Of a stretch of DNA of 32,000 nucleotides, positions 1-7,409 are shown piece by piece. The stretch is from Pseudidiomarina andamanensis (lineage in GTDB: Bacteria > Pseudomonadota > Gammaproteobacteria > Enterobacterales > Alteromonadaceae): positions 30,001 to 62,000 of the forward strand of contig NZ_CP032551.1 in the NCBI RefSeq assembly GCF_009734345.1, in the 5' to 3' direction. A program made the position numbers and the translations under genes. The stretch's first letter is position 1. Each line of letters begins with the position of its first letter. The notes under the pieces were generated by a model that did not search any database, was not told the DNA's origin, and saw nothing but the letters and a program-made list of their open reading frames with translations.

Positions 1-1640
1 ACGATAATTATGAAAGTGGCTATTGGGGGATCTTGGCCGTCGTGAATGTGCCCAAGATGCTATCAAATCAAGCACTCGCTTATCGCTCGCCTATTTACAC
101 TTACACCGCAATTTCTAACGGCATGTTGCTTGACGAATATGGCCATTGGGTGTCTGACACCACACTGATGTATTTGCAGAAAAAAGCGCTGTTCTTGTAT
201 GAAAGTGCGCTCGATACCGAATTTACTAGCGGTACACCGATTTATTCGTACATGTATGATTTGTCGGAAATGCAGGCGCGTGCCAATTTGCAGACGTTGG
301 TGAGCTTCGCCGGAATTGCGATTGTGTTGTTCTTGGCGTTAACCATTGAACGTAACCGCGAGTTGGTGGTGCAGGGGCGTCAGCTGCGTTTTCAGGCGGA
401 ACACGATGCACTGACTGGGTTATATAATCGCACCACGATTGAGCGCATGATCGCCGATAGATTCCATAAGCAGCGCGATTTAACCGCATTGTTTATTGAC
501 CTCGACGGCTTTACGCTGATTAACGATAGCTTAGGCTTGCAGGTAGGTGACCGCTTACTACAAGTGCTAGCGCAGCGCTTAAGCAACATTGTTGGTAATC
601 GCGGTATGTTAGCGCGCTTTGGTGGCGATGAGTTCTTAATTGTGTTGCAGAACATGCATGAGAACGAAGAGGCGGTGACCGAGTTAACCAATAAGATTCT
701 GAGTGCCGTCGCGCAGCCTTATCGCATTATGCATCATAAGATTTATCTTACGGCGAGTATTGGCGTCGCGCATCAAACGGAAGACCAGTATGCGCCGCTT
801 GAGCTGATTCAGCGTGCCGATATGGCAATGCATCAAGCCAAGCGCCAAGGCCACAACCACGTTCAGATATACCAAGACAGCATGAGCTTGCAATTTAAGT
901 CATCGGCGGCGATGCGTTCGAGCTTGCAAGAAGCAATAGAAAAGAATCAGTTAACGCTGCATTACCAGCCGATTGTGCGTTGTAACGATGGTGCGACCAT
1001 TGGTTATGAGGCGTTGCTGCGCTGGGAGCGCGAACCTGGTAAGTTCATTTCGCCTACTGAGTTTATTCCGCTAGCCGAAATGACAGGGCAGATTATTCCG
1101 CTTAGCGAGTGGGTGTTCCGTCGCGCTTGTGAAACCGCGGTGAAATTGCAGGAGCACGGGCCATGCAAGATGGCGGTGAATTTGTCGACATTGCACTTTA
1201 ACCGTACCGAATTTACTCCGTTCCTAGAGCAAACCTTGGAAGAGACGGGCTGTAAGCCAGAGTGGTTGGAGCTTGAACTGACCGAAAGCATCTTGATGGA
1301 AAACACCGATTATGCGGTGGAAGTACTGCAAAACCTGCGTAATAAGAACATTACGATTTCGTTGGATGACTTTGGTACTGGCTTCTCGTCTTTGAGCTAT
1401 TTGAAACGGTTGCCAGTAGATAAAGTGAAAATTGATCGCAGCTTCGTGGCTGGTATTCGTACCCATCGTTCTGATCGCGTATTGATTGGCTCGGTGATTA
1501 AAATTGCACAAAGCCTCGATTTCGCCGTGGTTGCGGAGGGCGTTGAAACGCCACAACAAGCGGAATTTGTCACCGAGCTGGGTTGTAACTATATGCAAGG
1601 TTTTTACTTCGGCCGACCAGTACCATTCGAAGAGTTGTAA
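1..1640 (+). CDS. GGDEF/EAL dual-domain c-di-GMP signalling protein (5' end probably outside the window)
   Basis: ORF 33..1640 starts at TTG, but the same frame stays open back to nt 3, so it is likely 5'-truncated. TM stretch FAGIAIVLFLALTI; GGDEF motif RFGGDEFLIV; EAL motif YEALLRW with downstream DDFGTG and EGVE motifs. Confidence 0.9.
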   Translation, partial: DNYESGYWGILAVVNVPKMLSNQALAYRSPIYTYTAISNGMLLDEYGHWVSDTTLMYLQKKALFLYESALDTEFTSGTPIYSYMYDLSEMQARANLQTLVSFAGIAIVLFLALTIERNRELVVQGRQLRFQAEHDALTGLYNRTTIERMIADRFHKQRDLTALFIDLDGFTLINDSLGLQVGDRLLQVLAQRLSNIVGNRGMLARFGGDEFLIVLQNMHENEEAVTELTNKILSAVAQPYRIMHHKIYLTASIGVAHQTEDQYAPLELIQRADMAMHQAKRQGHNHVQIYQDSMSLQFKSSAAMRSSLQEAIEKNQLTLHYQPIVRCNDGATIGYEALLRWEREPGKFISPTEFIPLAEMTGQIIPLSEWVFRRACETAVKLQEHGPCKMAVNLSTLHFNRTEFTPFLEQTLEETGCKPEWLELELTESILMENTDYAVEVLQNLRNKNITISLDDFGTGFSSLSYLKRLPVDKVKIDRSFVAGIRTHRSDRVLIGSVIKIAQSLDFAVVAEGVETPQQAEFVTELGCNYMQGFYFGRPVPFEEL

Positions 1641-1672
1641 AACATTCGTTAATCCCGATCTTTTGGTCTATT

Positions 1673-1698
1673 AATTACATACACTTATGTATGTAATT
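1673..1698. promoter_or_regulatory. Perfect 10-bp inverted repeat AATTACATAC-N6-GTATGTAATT, 21 nt upstream of the pgsB ATG (candidate operator or weak AU-rich hairpin)
   Basis: Read directly: 1673-1682 is the reverse complement of 1689-1698. No U-tract follows, so it is not a canonical terminator. Confidence 0.3.
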
Positions 1699-1718
1699 TA
1701 CAATCTAAAGGCCAAAAC

Positions 1719-2924
1719 ATGTCATTTCCTGTGTTATTAAGCATTGTGGTGCTGCTGTGGCTGGTATTGGTTGCAGCAGGTGCTTTTGAAGCGCTCAGGC
1801 ACAAAATTCTACTGCGAAATATTCCCGTTCGGGTGCACGTGAATGGTACGCGCGGCAAAACCAGTGTCACGCGACTCATTGCTGCAGGTCTTCGTGGCGG
1901 CGGTAAGCGTGTTTGCGCGAAAACCACCGGCTCGGCGGCGGCCATGACCGACCCCGATGGTCGTGAATTCCCTATCTACCGCATTAGCGGTGCCAACATT
2001 ATTGAGCAAATGCGCATGCTAAAACGCATGGCAGTGCTGAAGCCGGAAATTGTGGTGGTGGAGTGTATGGCACTGCAGCCGCATTATCAGAGCCTCAGCG
2101 AGTTACGCATGGTGCGCTCAAACGTGGGCGTAATTACCAACGCGCGGGCTGACCATCTTGATGTGATGGGCCCCGGAGAACGTGATGTCGCATTGGCATT
2201 AGCCGGCAGTACGCCGGTGCGGGGGAATCTGTTCACCGCCGAGCGCGACTTGCTTGATGTGTTTGAAGACTCCTGCCAAGACCGTCGTAGCCAACTGCAC
2301 GGCGTCACCGAAGAGGAAGTGGCGGCGATACCTGAAGAAGTTCTCGCTGAATTTAAATACGCCGAACATGCCGAAAACGTCGCGTTAGCGTTGAAAGTAT
2401 GCGAGCACTTAGGCGTGAAACGCGAAGACGCATTGCAAGGCATGTTGTCATTAGAACCAGAAGCCGGTGCCATGCAGGTGCTTCACGTGCGTTATTTTGA
2501 ACGTGATTTGATTTTCGTGAACGCGTTTGCGGCAAATGATCCTGAATCCACCGGCCGTATTTGGGAGAACATGCTAGAGAAGCATGGCCGCGATCGGCAT
2601 TCCATTATGCTCATTAACTGTCGTGCTGACCGCCCCCATCGTTCGCAACAAATGGCAGAGGCTGTGGTGCAATGGACACCGGCCAGTAAAGTGGTGTTGA
2701 TGGGTTCAGGCTCATTTATTTTCGTGCGTGAGGCAATGAAGTTCGGTCTCGATCCCGACAAGTTATTAGTCATGGAAGGTGCTCATATGACGGAAATTAC
2801 TGAGGTATTGCTTGAGCAATCGCGAGGCAATGCCTTGATTGTGGGGATGTGTAACATTCATGGTGGCGGCGAAGAAGTCGCACGCTTTTTCCAAAACCGT
2901 GCAATTGATGAGGAAGACGTATGA
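1719..2924 (+). CDS. pgsB: Poly-gamma-glutamate synthase PgsB/CapB (Mur-ligase-like amide ligase)
   Basis: 401 aa. N-terminal TM helix, then P-loop NGTRGKTSVTRLIAAGL typical of PgsB/CapB. The stop overlaps the next start (ATGA at 2921-2924), and a CapC-like gene follows. Confidence 0.85.
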   Translation: MSFPVLLSIVVLLWLVLVAAGAFEALRHKILLRNIPVRVHVNGTRGKTSVTRLIAAGLRGGGKRVCAKTTGSAAAMTDPDGREFPIYRISGANIIEQMRMLKRMAVLKPEIVVVECMALQPHYQSLSELRMVRSNVGVITNARADHLDVMGPGERDVALALAGSTPVRGNLFTAERDLLDVFEDSCQDRRSQLHGVTEEEVAAIPEEVLAEFKYAEHAENVALALKVCEHLGVKREDALQGMLSLEPEAGAMQVLHVRYFERDLIFVNAFAANDPESTGRIWENMLEKHGRDRHSIMLINCRADRPHRSQQMAEAVVQWTPASKVVLMGSGSFIFVREAMKFGLDPDKLLVMEGAHMTEITEVLLEQSRGNALIVGMCNIHGGGEEVARFFQNRAIDEEDV

Positions 2925-3496
2925 TAGCGCTGAATATTCTTGCCGTTGCTATCGGCATCGGGTTGTTCTTTACGCTGCTACTCACCCAAACCTTGGGGTT
3001 AGCGGCTGGTGGTTTGGTTGTCCCTGGCTATGTGGCGTTGCAGTTAACAGATCCGCTGAGTTTGGCGCTAACTCTGGTGGCCGCATTCGTGACCTATTTA
3101 ATCGTCAAAATTGTTTCAAGTTTCGTGATTGTGTACGGTCGCCGTCAAACCATCATCATGATTCTAACTGGCTACATTATTGCTGGGTTGTTCGATATGT
3201 TTATTGGCAACTTAGTGAATTGGACTGACTTACAAATGATAGCCGGTGTTGATGAAGCTCAGGCGCAGGTACAGCCACTGGAATCGAGCCTAATGATGGC
3301 AGTGATGGAAAGTAGCATCATTGGCTACATCATTCCGGGTTTGATTGCCATTTGGTTTGAGCGTCAAGGCGTGTTGCAAACCTTATGTGGCCTGGCTGTA
3401 ACCGCTGTATTGGTACGCTTAGCACTGATTGCGATAATGCCCGAATCACTCAGTATGTATGAAGCAAGCCGCGCATTTCAGATGCCCGGCTGGTAA
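2921..3496 (+). CDS. pgsC: Poly-gamma-glutamate biosynthesis membrane protein PgsC/CapC
   Basis: 191 aa polytopic membrane protein. GGLVVPGYVAL motif as in CapC. Translationally coupled to pgsB. About 40 aa longer than the 149-aa Bacillus CapC because of a central hydrophilic insert (NWTDLQMIAGVDEAQAQVQPLESS). Confidence 0.8.
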   Translation: MIALNILAVAIGIGLFFTLLLTQTLGLAAGGLVVPGYVALQLTDPLSLALTLVAAFVTYLIVKIVSSFVIVYGRRQTIIMILTGYIIAGLFDMFIGNLVNWTDLQMIAGVDEAQAQVQPLESSLMMAVMESSIIGYIIPGLIAIWFERQGVLQTLCGLAVTAVLVRLALIAIMPESLSMYEASRAFQMPGW

Positions 3497-3523
3497 GTAA
3501 GCGCCAACAGGAGAATTATTCAA

Positions 3524-4675
3524 ATGAGTAAATTTACCAAGATTTATTGGCGCTCTTCAGGAGTGCCACTTTGGGGCCAAGTATTTCTGATTGCGCTGGC
3601 GGTGCTGGCATTTTTGCTGGCTGAAAACTTACGTCAACGTGACCCCGTGGTGGATAAGAATTACGCCACCATGGTGAACGCCGCAAAAATTATGCGCGAA
3701 GGTATGGATGTGTTGAAGCCATTGCGTGCCCAGCTTGCGCCGATTAATCCGGAGTTTGATCCGCAACGTTCTGGTTTAGTTGGGCTTGAGAACTCCATTA
3801 TTACCACCAACCAAGGTGGCCGCGAATCGAAGCAAACTACCGTGAACCCGAACTGGGCCGCAGTTGCCGTGAAATTGTTAGCAGATGCAGGGGTAGGCGA
3901 AGGTGATTTAGTGGCAGTGACCGTATCAGGCTCGTTTCCAGCGATGAACCTTGCGGTGTACTCGGCGTTAGAAGCGCTTGGTGCCGATGCGGTGATTATT
4001 GCGTCAGCATCGTCGTCGCAGTGGGGCGCCAACGTACCGGGTTTCGCATGGCTGGATATGGAGCGCGAATTGCGGCGCGCGGGTGTGATCTCGCTGAAGC
4101 CAATTTATGCTTCTCTAGGTGGTATTGAAGACCGTGGTATCGGTATTTCCGATGAGGGTATTGAGGCGTTGAAGCGCTCGATTGACCGCGCCGATATTAA
4201 CTTTATTGACCCTGCAAACTATCAAGAGGCAGTGGCTGACCGTATTGCGATTTTCCGTGAGTACTCTGCAGAGCGCAGTTACAAAGCTTTTGTGAACGTG
4301 GGTGGTGGCGCTACGATTGTAGGCCCTCCGGGCATTGATGACATGTTCAAATCAGGCTTACAAAAAGATGCACCAGCGCGAGCATTCGCGGTAGACACCG
4401 TAATGGGCTATTTCTTACAGGAAGAAATTCCGGGTATTCATTTCATCGGCATTAAGAACTTAGCGAATCGCTACGGCTTACCGATTGCACCGATTGAACC
4501 CGTGCCCGTTGGCAACGGCGGCATTTATTCCGCCACTGTGTACAACCGTTGGTTAGCAATTGCGCTTGGCCTTGGCCTATTCGGCATGACCTGGTTGATT
4601 GTGCGCTCAGCACGTATTACCAGCATCTTTAATCGCGCCGGCGGCCACGGCAAAATCACCAAACCAATGGTGTAG
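3524..4675 (+). CDS. Poly-gamma-glutamate system protein (third gene of pgsBC-type clusters, TIGR04332-like; not PgsA/CapA)
   Basis: 383 aa. AGGAG RBS at 3510-3514; N- and C-terminal TM helices. It sits immediately after pgsBC. It lacks the PgsA/CapA metallophosphatase-type motifs (GDIMMGR, GHHPH). The family assignment comes from context and memory, not from a search. Confidence 0.55.
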   Translation: MSKFTKIYWRSSGVPLWGQVFLIALAVLAFLLAENLRQRDPVVDKNYATMVNAAKIMREGMDVLKPLRAQLAPINPEFDPQRSGLVGLENSIITTNQGGRESKQTTVNPNWAAVAVKLLADAGVGEGDLVAVTVSGSFPAMNLAVYSALEALGADAVIIASASSSQWGANVPGFAWLDMERELRRAGVISLKPIYASLGGIEDRGIGISDEGIEALKRSIDRADINFIDPANYQEAVADRIAIFREYSAERSYKAFVNVGGGATIVGPPGIDDMFKSGLQKDAPARAFAVDTVMGYFLQEEIPGIHFIGIKNLANRYGLPIAPIEPVPVGNGGIYSATVYNRWLAIALGLGLFGMTWLIVRSARITSIFNRAGGHGKITKPMV

Positions 4676-4694
4676 CCCGGCGTTCTACGCCGGG
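4676..4694 (+). terminator. GC-rich hairpin CCCGGCG-TTCTA-CGCCGGG directly after the stop codon, preceded by GTAG (REP-like); no U-tract
   Basis: A 7-bp perfect GC stem read directly. The TAG stop is at 4673-4675. The hairpin is followed by the heptamer array, not by a T-run. Confidence 0.4.
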
Positions 4695-4704
4695 TAACGC
4701 GCAG

Positions 4705-4749
4705 CGTTGCTCGTTGTTCGTTGCTCGTTATTGGTTATTGGTTATTCGT
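4705..4749. repeat. Solo heptamer array: CGTTGCT CGTTGTT CGTTGCT CGTTATT GGTTATT GGTTATT CG
   Basis: Strict 7-nt phasing read directly. I found no complementary (CGAATAA)n partner arm nearby. Confidence 0.8.
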
Positions 4750-4891
4750 GGTGATATGCATGTAGAAGCATCGGAGGCATCCAGTTAGCCAATGAGCTGA
4801 AGCGGCAAGTGTAAGAGCAGCAGAGCATGGGTATGTAGAATCTATGCTTTGGGGCGTTTCATGAAAGGTATATGGGTGTGTGGTGTCTCTG

Positions 4892-4968
4892 AAAAAAGGC
4901 TGTTCAGTTGCAGCAAAAAAGTCGCATTTTGGGGTGCCTGATTTGTATCAAATTTGATGCAACTGAAC
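4892..4968 (-). terminator. Long-loop hairpin (11-bp stem GTTCAGTTGCA/TGCAACTGAAC, 45-nt loop) plus U6 on the minus strand, 45 nt downstream of the 5014..5595 gene
   Basis: Arms at 4902-4912 and 4958-4968 are perfect reverse complements. A-run 4892-4897 on the plus strand is a U-run on the minus-strand transcript. Confidence 0.4.
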
Positions 4969-5013
4969 ACTAAAATTTTTAGGGGGTATGCACACCTCTA
5001 TGATCTCCTGATA

Positions 5014-5595
5014 TCAGTCAATTAGGTTTTTTGCATAGATGCCGGTTACGTTGCCACTCTTGAGAAATATACGTAACGGTACCGCGCCGATGTCGCCGAT
5101 GGTGATTAAATAGGTTAACTCGGTGTCGGTTTCGACAGATGGTTGCCCTAGACGTTCTTTCAAACTCTTTGCGGTTGTACACAAGTATAATTGAAAATCG
5201 GAGAGGATATCGCAGTTTGAAATGAACACTCGTTTGACAAAACTACGTTGTTCATCAGTTGTTAATAATTCAATGGTTAAGCCATCATAAAATAACTGAC
5301 TTACTGTCATTTTATGTTCTGGCTGATGGCGGTTTGGTACTTGCTTTTCCGTTCGTTTCAGCGGTTCGCCGAGTACATTAATGATGTCAGCTTCGTTTTG
5401 TCCAAAGGATTTATATAAGCTATTTAATTCGTACGGCTGTGACCCTTCGTCATAGCGATGATGCGGCTGCTGCCAAATGCTGGTATCGGACGCTTGTGGA
5501 AACGTGAGTAGGTGATGATTGGTTGTTTCTGCATGAGAACTCGCGCTGAACAAACAACCTACTAAAAATATGACGTAATATTTTGCCTTCTGCAT
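5014..5595 (-). CDS. Hypothetical secreted protein or lipoprotein
   Basis: 193 aa. N-terminal signal sequence MQKAKYYVIFLVGCLFSASSHA, with a possible LVGC lipobox or cleavage after SHA. I recognise no family. Confidence 0.6.
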   Translation of the reverse strand: MQKAKYYVIFLVGCLFSASSHAETTNHHLLTFPQASDTSIWQQPHHRYDEGSQPYELNSLYKSFGQNEADIINVLGEPLKRTEKQVPNRHQPEHKMTVSQLFYDGLTIELLTTDEQRSFVKRVFISNCDILSDFQLYLCTTAKSLKERLGQPSVETDTELTYLITIGDIGAVPLRIFLKSGNVTGIYAKNLID

Positions 5596-5686
5596 GCGTA
5601 GTATCCCTTTGGTTTATTTTGTCTTTCCATATCTAGTCGTTGCAATATAGCTTAAATATCACTCGTTTTCTTGTTTGTTAGAGCAT

Positions 5687-5720
5687 AAAAAAATGGCCAG
5701 TCACCTAAATGACCAGCCAT
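5687..5720 (-). terminator. Rho-independent terminator of the porin gene
   Basis: On the minus-strand RNA, AUGGCUGGUCA-UUUAGG-UGACUGGCCAU forms an 11-bp stem with two G-U pairs, followed by U7 (plus-strand A-run 5687-5693). Confidence 0.7.
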
Positions 5721-5736
5721 TTTTGAGATGTATCTT

Positions 5737-5809
5737 CGTTTTTCGTTTTTCGTCCTTCGCTTTTCCGAATAACGAATAACCAATAACGAATAACGAATAA
5801 CGAATAACG
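5737..5809. repeat. Heptamer element in the porin 3' UTR: CGTTTTT CGTTTTT CGTCCTT CGCTTTT C | CGAATAA CGAATAA CCAATAA CGAATAA CGAATAA CGAATAA CG
   Basis: 7-nt phasing read directly. The T-rich arm (5737-5764) abuts the A-rich arm (5766-5809) with no loop. The element lies between the porin stop (5819) and its terminator. Confidence 0.8.
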
Positions 5810-5818
5810 CCTTCGCCT

Positions 5819-7012
5819 TTAGAACGTGTACATCGCCATGAACTGGAGGCGAGTCAAGTCACCATCGACGCCGGCGTCGTTTTCACGTTGCGCCAACGAT
5901 ACTTCGCCACCGAAGGTGAGCTTTTTGTCGACTGAGTGCATCACGTTGAAGCCAACGCGCTGAGTGAACTCAGTGGCTAGCGAGCCTTCGAGGTTGTCGG
6001 TGTTATCGGCCCAGCCGCGGCTGTAGACGATGTTTGAACGGGTTTTGTCGCTCCAATGATGACGATACGCGAAGGTAACGCCCATTACGTCGAGTGACTC
6101 GAGGCTGTTGTTCGGGTCAACATAAGCACCGTTGAAGGTGTTAAGCCCCAAGTAGCGGCCGATACCTGAGCCGGCGGTGAAGCTAGCACGGATGTCGTTG
6201 CCGTTATCAAATGCTAATTTACCGCCGAAGGTGACGCCGTAGCCGGTTGCTGTTTCGTCGCTACCGTCGCTATCGATGTCGTACGCTAATTGACGCACTA
6301 AGCCGGCAACACTGTAGCTGAAGTTGCCGCTCTTACCTTTATACTTTGCGGTAAAGTCAGGCATGATACCTTCGCTGGTGGCGGCACGAGATACCGCACC
6401 GGTACCCGCATCCACTAAGCTCACTGTGGTTTCTGGGTTCTCGATTGAGAAGCTCCATGCGCCGCTAGTGTAGCGAACTTGCGGTTGACGCATGAACACC
6501 ATACCGTCGGTTGCACCAACGAAATCGACTGATTCTGGCAAGATGCTTAAATCTTGGAAGTTTGACCAAGCTTGACCAATCAACCAGTTTTTGTATTGCA
6601 GGTAGGCTTGACGCAAGCGTGGCGCGTATGAGTTAGTGATACGCTCATCGCCACTTGGCACGGTCAAGAAGTCGATTTCGATACGACCGCTGATGTCTTC
6701 GCCATTATCGAGCTTTTGCTTTACGTCGAAAAAGAAACGCGATTGACGCGCATGGAAATCGGTTACGGCGTCGTCACCTTGACCGCCCACTGGCGTTAAG
6801 CTAGGAATATAGAACTGGCGACCGATGTTTTTGTCGGTACCCGAACCGGCTGAACCGTCACCATAGTCAGAGATCATGGCATCGAGTTTTACATAGCCAC
6901 TGAATGACCACTCTGGGCCCTCTGCAGCGTGAGCGTTTGTGGCTAAGCCGCCTGCTAAGCTGGCAAGTACTGCACTGGCAACTAGCGATTTGGTTAGTGT
7001 TTTTTGCAACAT
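5819..7012 (-). CDS. Outer-membrane beta-barrel porin
   Basis: 397 aa. Signal peptide ending NAHA-AE; alternating beta-strand pattern rich in G/Y/D; C-terminal ...FMAMYTF with a terminal Phe typical of OMPs; AGGAG RBS. Confidence 0.8.
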   Translation of the reverse strand: MLQKTLTKSLVASAVLASLAGGLATNAHAAEGPEWSFSGYVKLDAMISDYGDGSAGSGTDKNIGRQFYIPSLTPVGGQGDDAVTDFHARQSRFFFDVKQKLDNGEDISGRIEIDFLTVPSGDERITNSYAPRLRQAYLQYKNWLIGQAWSNFQDLSILPESVDFVGATDGMVFMRQPQVRYTSGAWSFSIENPETTVSLVDAGTGAVSRAATSEGIMPDFTAKYKGKSGNFSYSVAGLVRQLAYDIDSDGSDETATGYGVTFGGKLAFDNGNDIRASFTAGSGIGRYLGLNTFNGAYVDPNNSLESLDVMGVTFAYRHHWSDKTRSNIVYSRGWADNTDNLEGSLATEFTQRVGFNVMHSVDKKLTFGGEVSLAQRENDAGVDGDLTRLQFMAMYTF

Positions 7013-7035
7013 TGCTGTGCTCCTGTTTTGTAAGA

Positions 7036-7146
7036 CGTTGTTCGTTATTCGAAACTCGTTATTCGTTATTGGTTATTCGAAGTAAGACAAACACCATAAA
7101 TATTTAACTCGATGCACGAATAACGAATAACGAGTAACGAATAACG
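7036..7146. repeat. Heptamer-armed inverted repeat A: (CGTTATT-type)x6 7036-7079, loop, (CGAATAA-type)x4 7117-7146
   Basis: 30-nt arms 7043-7072 and 7117-7146 are complementary at 27/30 positions. The element starts 23 nt upstream of the porin start codon on the minus strand. Confidence 0.85.
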
Positions 7147-7247
7147 TTAGTGAGTAAGCTTTTAACATGCGGGCGTAATTATCAATCTAGACTATGGTCT
7201 AATGGCTTGATCGCGCGCAATAACTGAAGGTATACGCATCAAAAAAA

Positions 7248-7384
7248 CGTTATTCGATACTCGTTATTCGTTAATCGAAAAAGACGAGAAACCAAAGCTA
7301 GCGCACAAAGAAGTGAGCAAATCGTACTTCAATCTGCCGAGCGAGCTAAACTCACGAATAACCAATAACGAGTAACGAATAACG
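7248..7384. repeat. Heptamer-armed inverted repeat B: left arm 7248-7277, 77-nt loop, right arm 7355-7384
   Basis: Arms are complementary at 27/30 positions. The element ends 25 nt upstream of the acs ATG, just before the AGGAGG RBS. Confidence 0.85.
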
Positions 7385-7409
7385 ATTTAGCAGTTCAATA
7401 GGAGGTTTT

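Noticed and set aside
226-1598. Antisense ORFs within the GGDEF/EAL gene (226..489, 392..691, 684..893, 1004..1306 and 1224..1598, all minus strand).
   Set aside because: They overlap a CDS with clear GGDEF and EAL motifs. Their products are Arg/Ser/Cys-rich and low in complexity, and they lack RBSs. These are typical shadow ORFs.
2839-3228. A 129-aa plus-strand ORF overlapping the pgsB/pgsC junction.
   Set aside because: It is out of frame with two well-supported, translationally coupled genes, and its product has no recognisable features.
3524-4675. I considered calling the third pgs gene pgsA/capA.
   Set aside because: It lacks the conserved PgsA/CapA metallophosphatase-like motifs (GDIMMGR, HWG, GHHPH). 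I therefore call it only a PGA-system membrane protein, based on context.
4672-4686. The identical 15-mer GTAGCCCGGCGTTCT, also present at 29875-29889, as proof of a shared mobile repeat.
   Set aside because: One exact 15-mer pair is about what chance predicts in a 32-kb window. I mention it only as supporting context, not as evidence on its own.
4861-4941. A 26-codon ORF (MKGIWVCGVSEKRLFSCSKKVAFWGA) in the 4750-5013 spacer.
   Set aside because: It has no RBS and overlaps the long-loop hairpin, and nothing suggests a real micropeptide.
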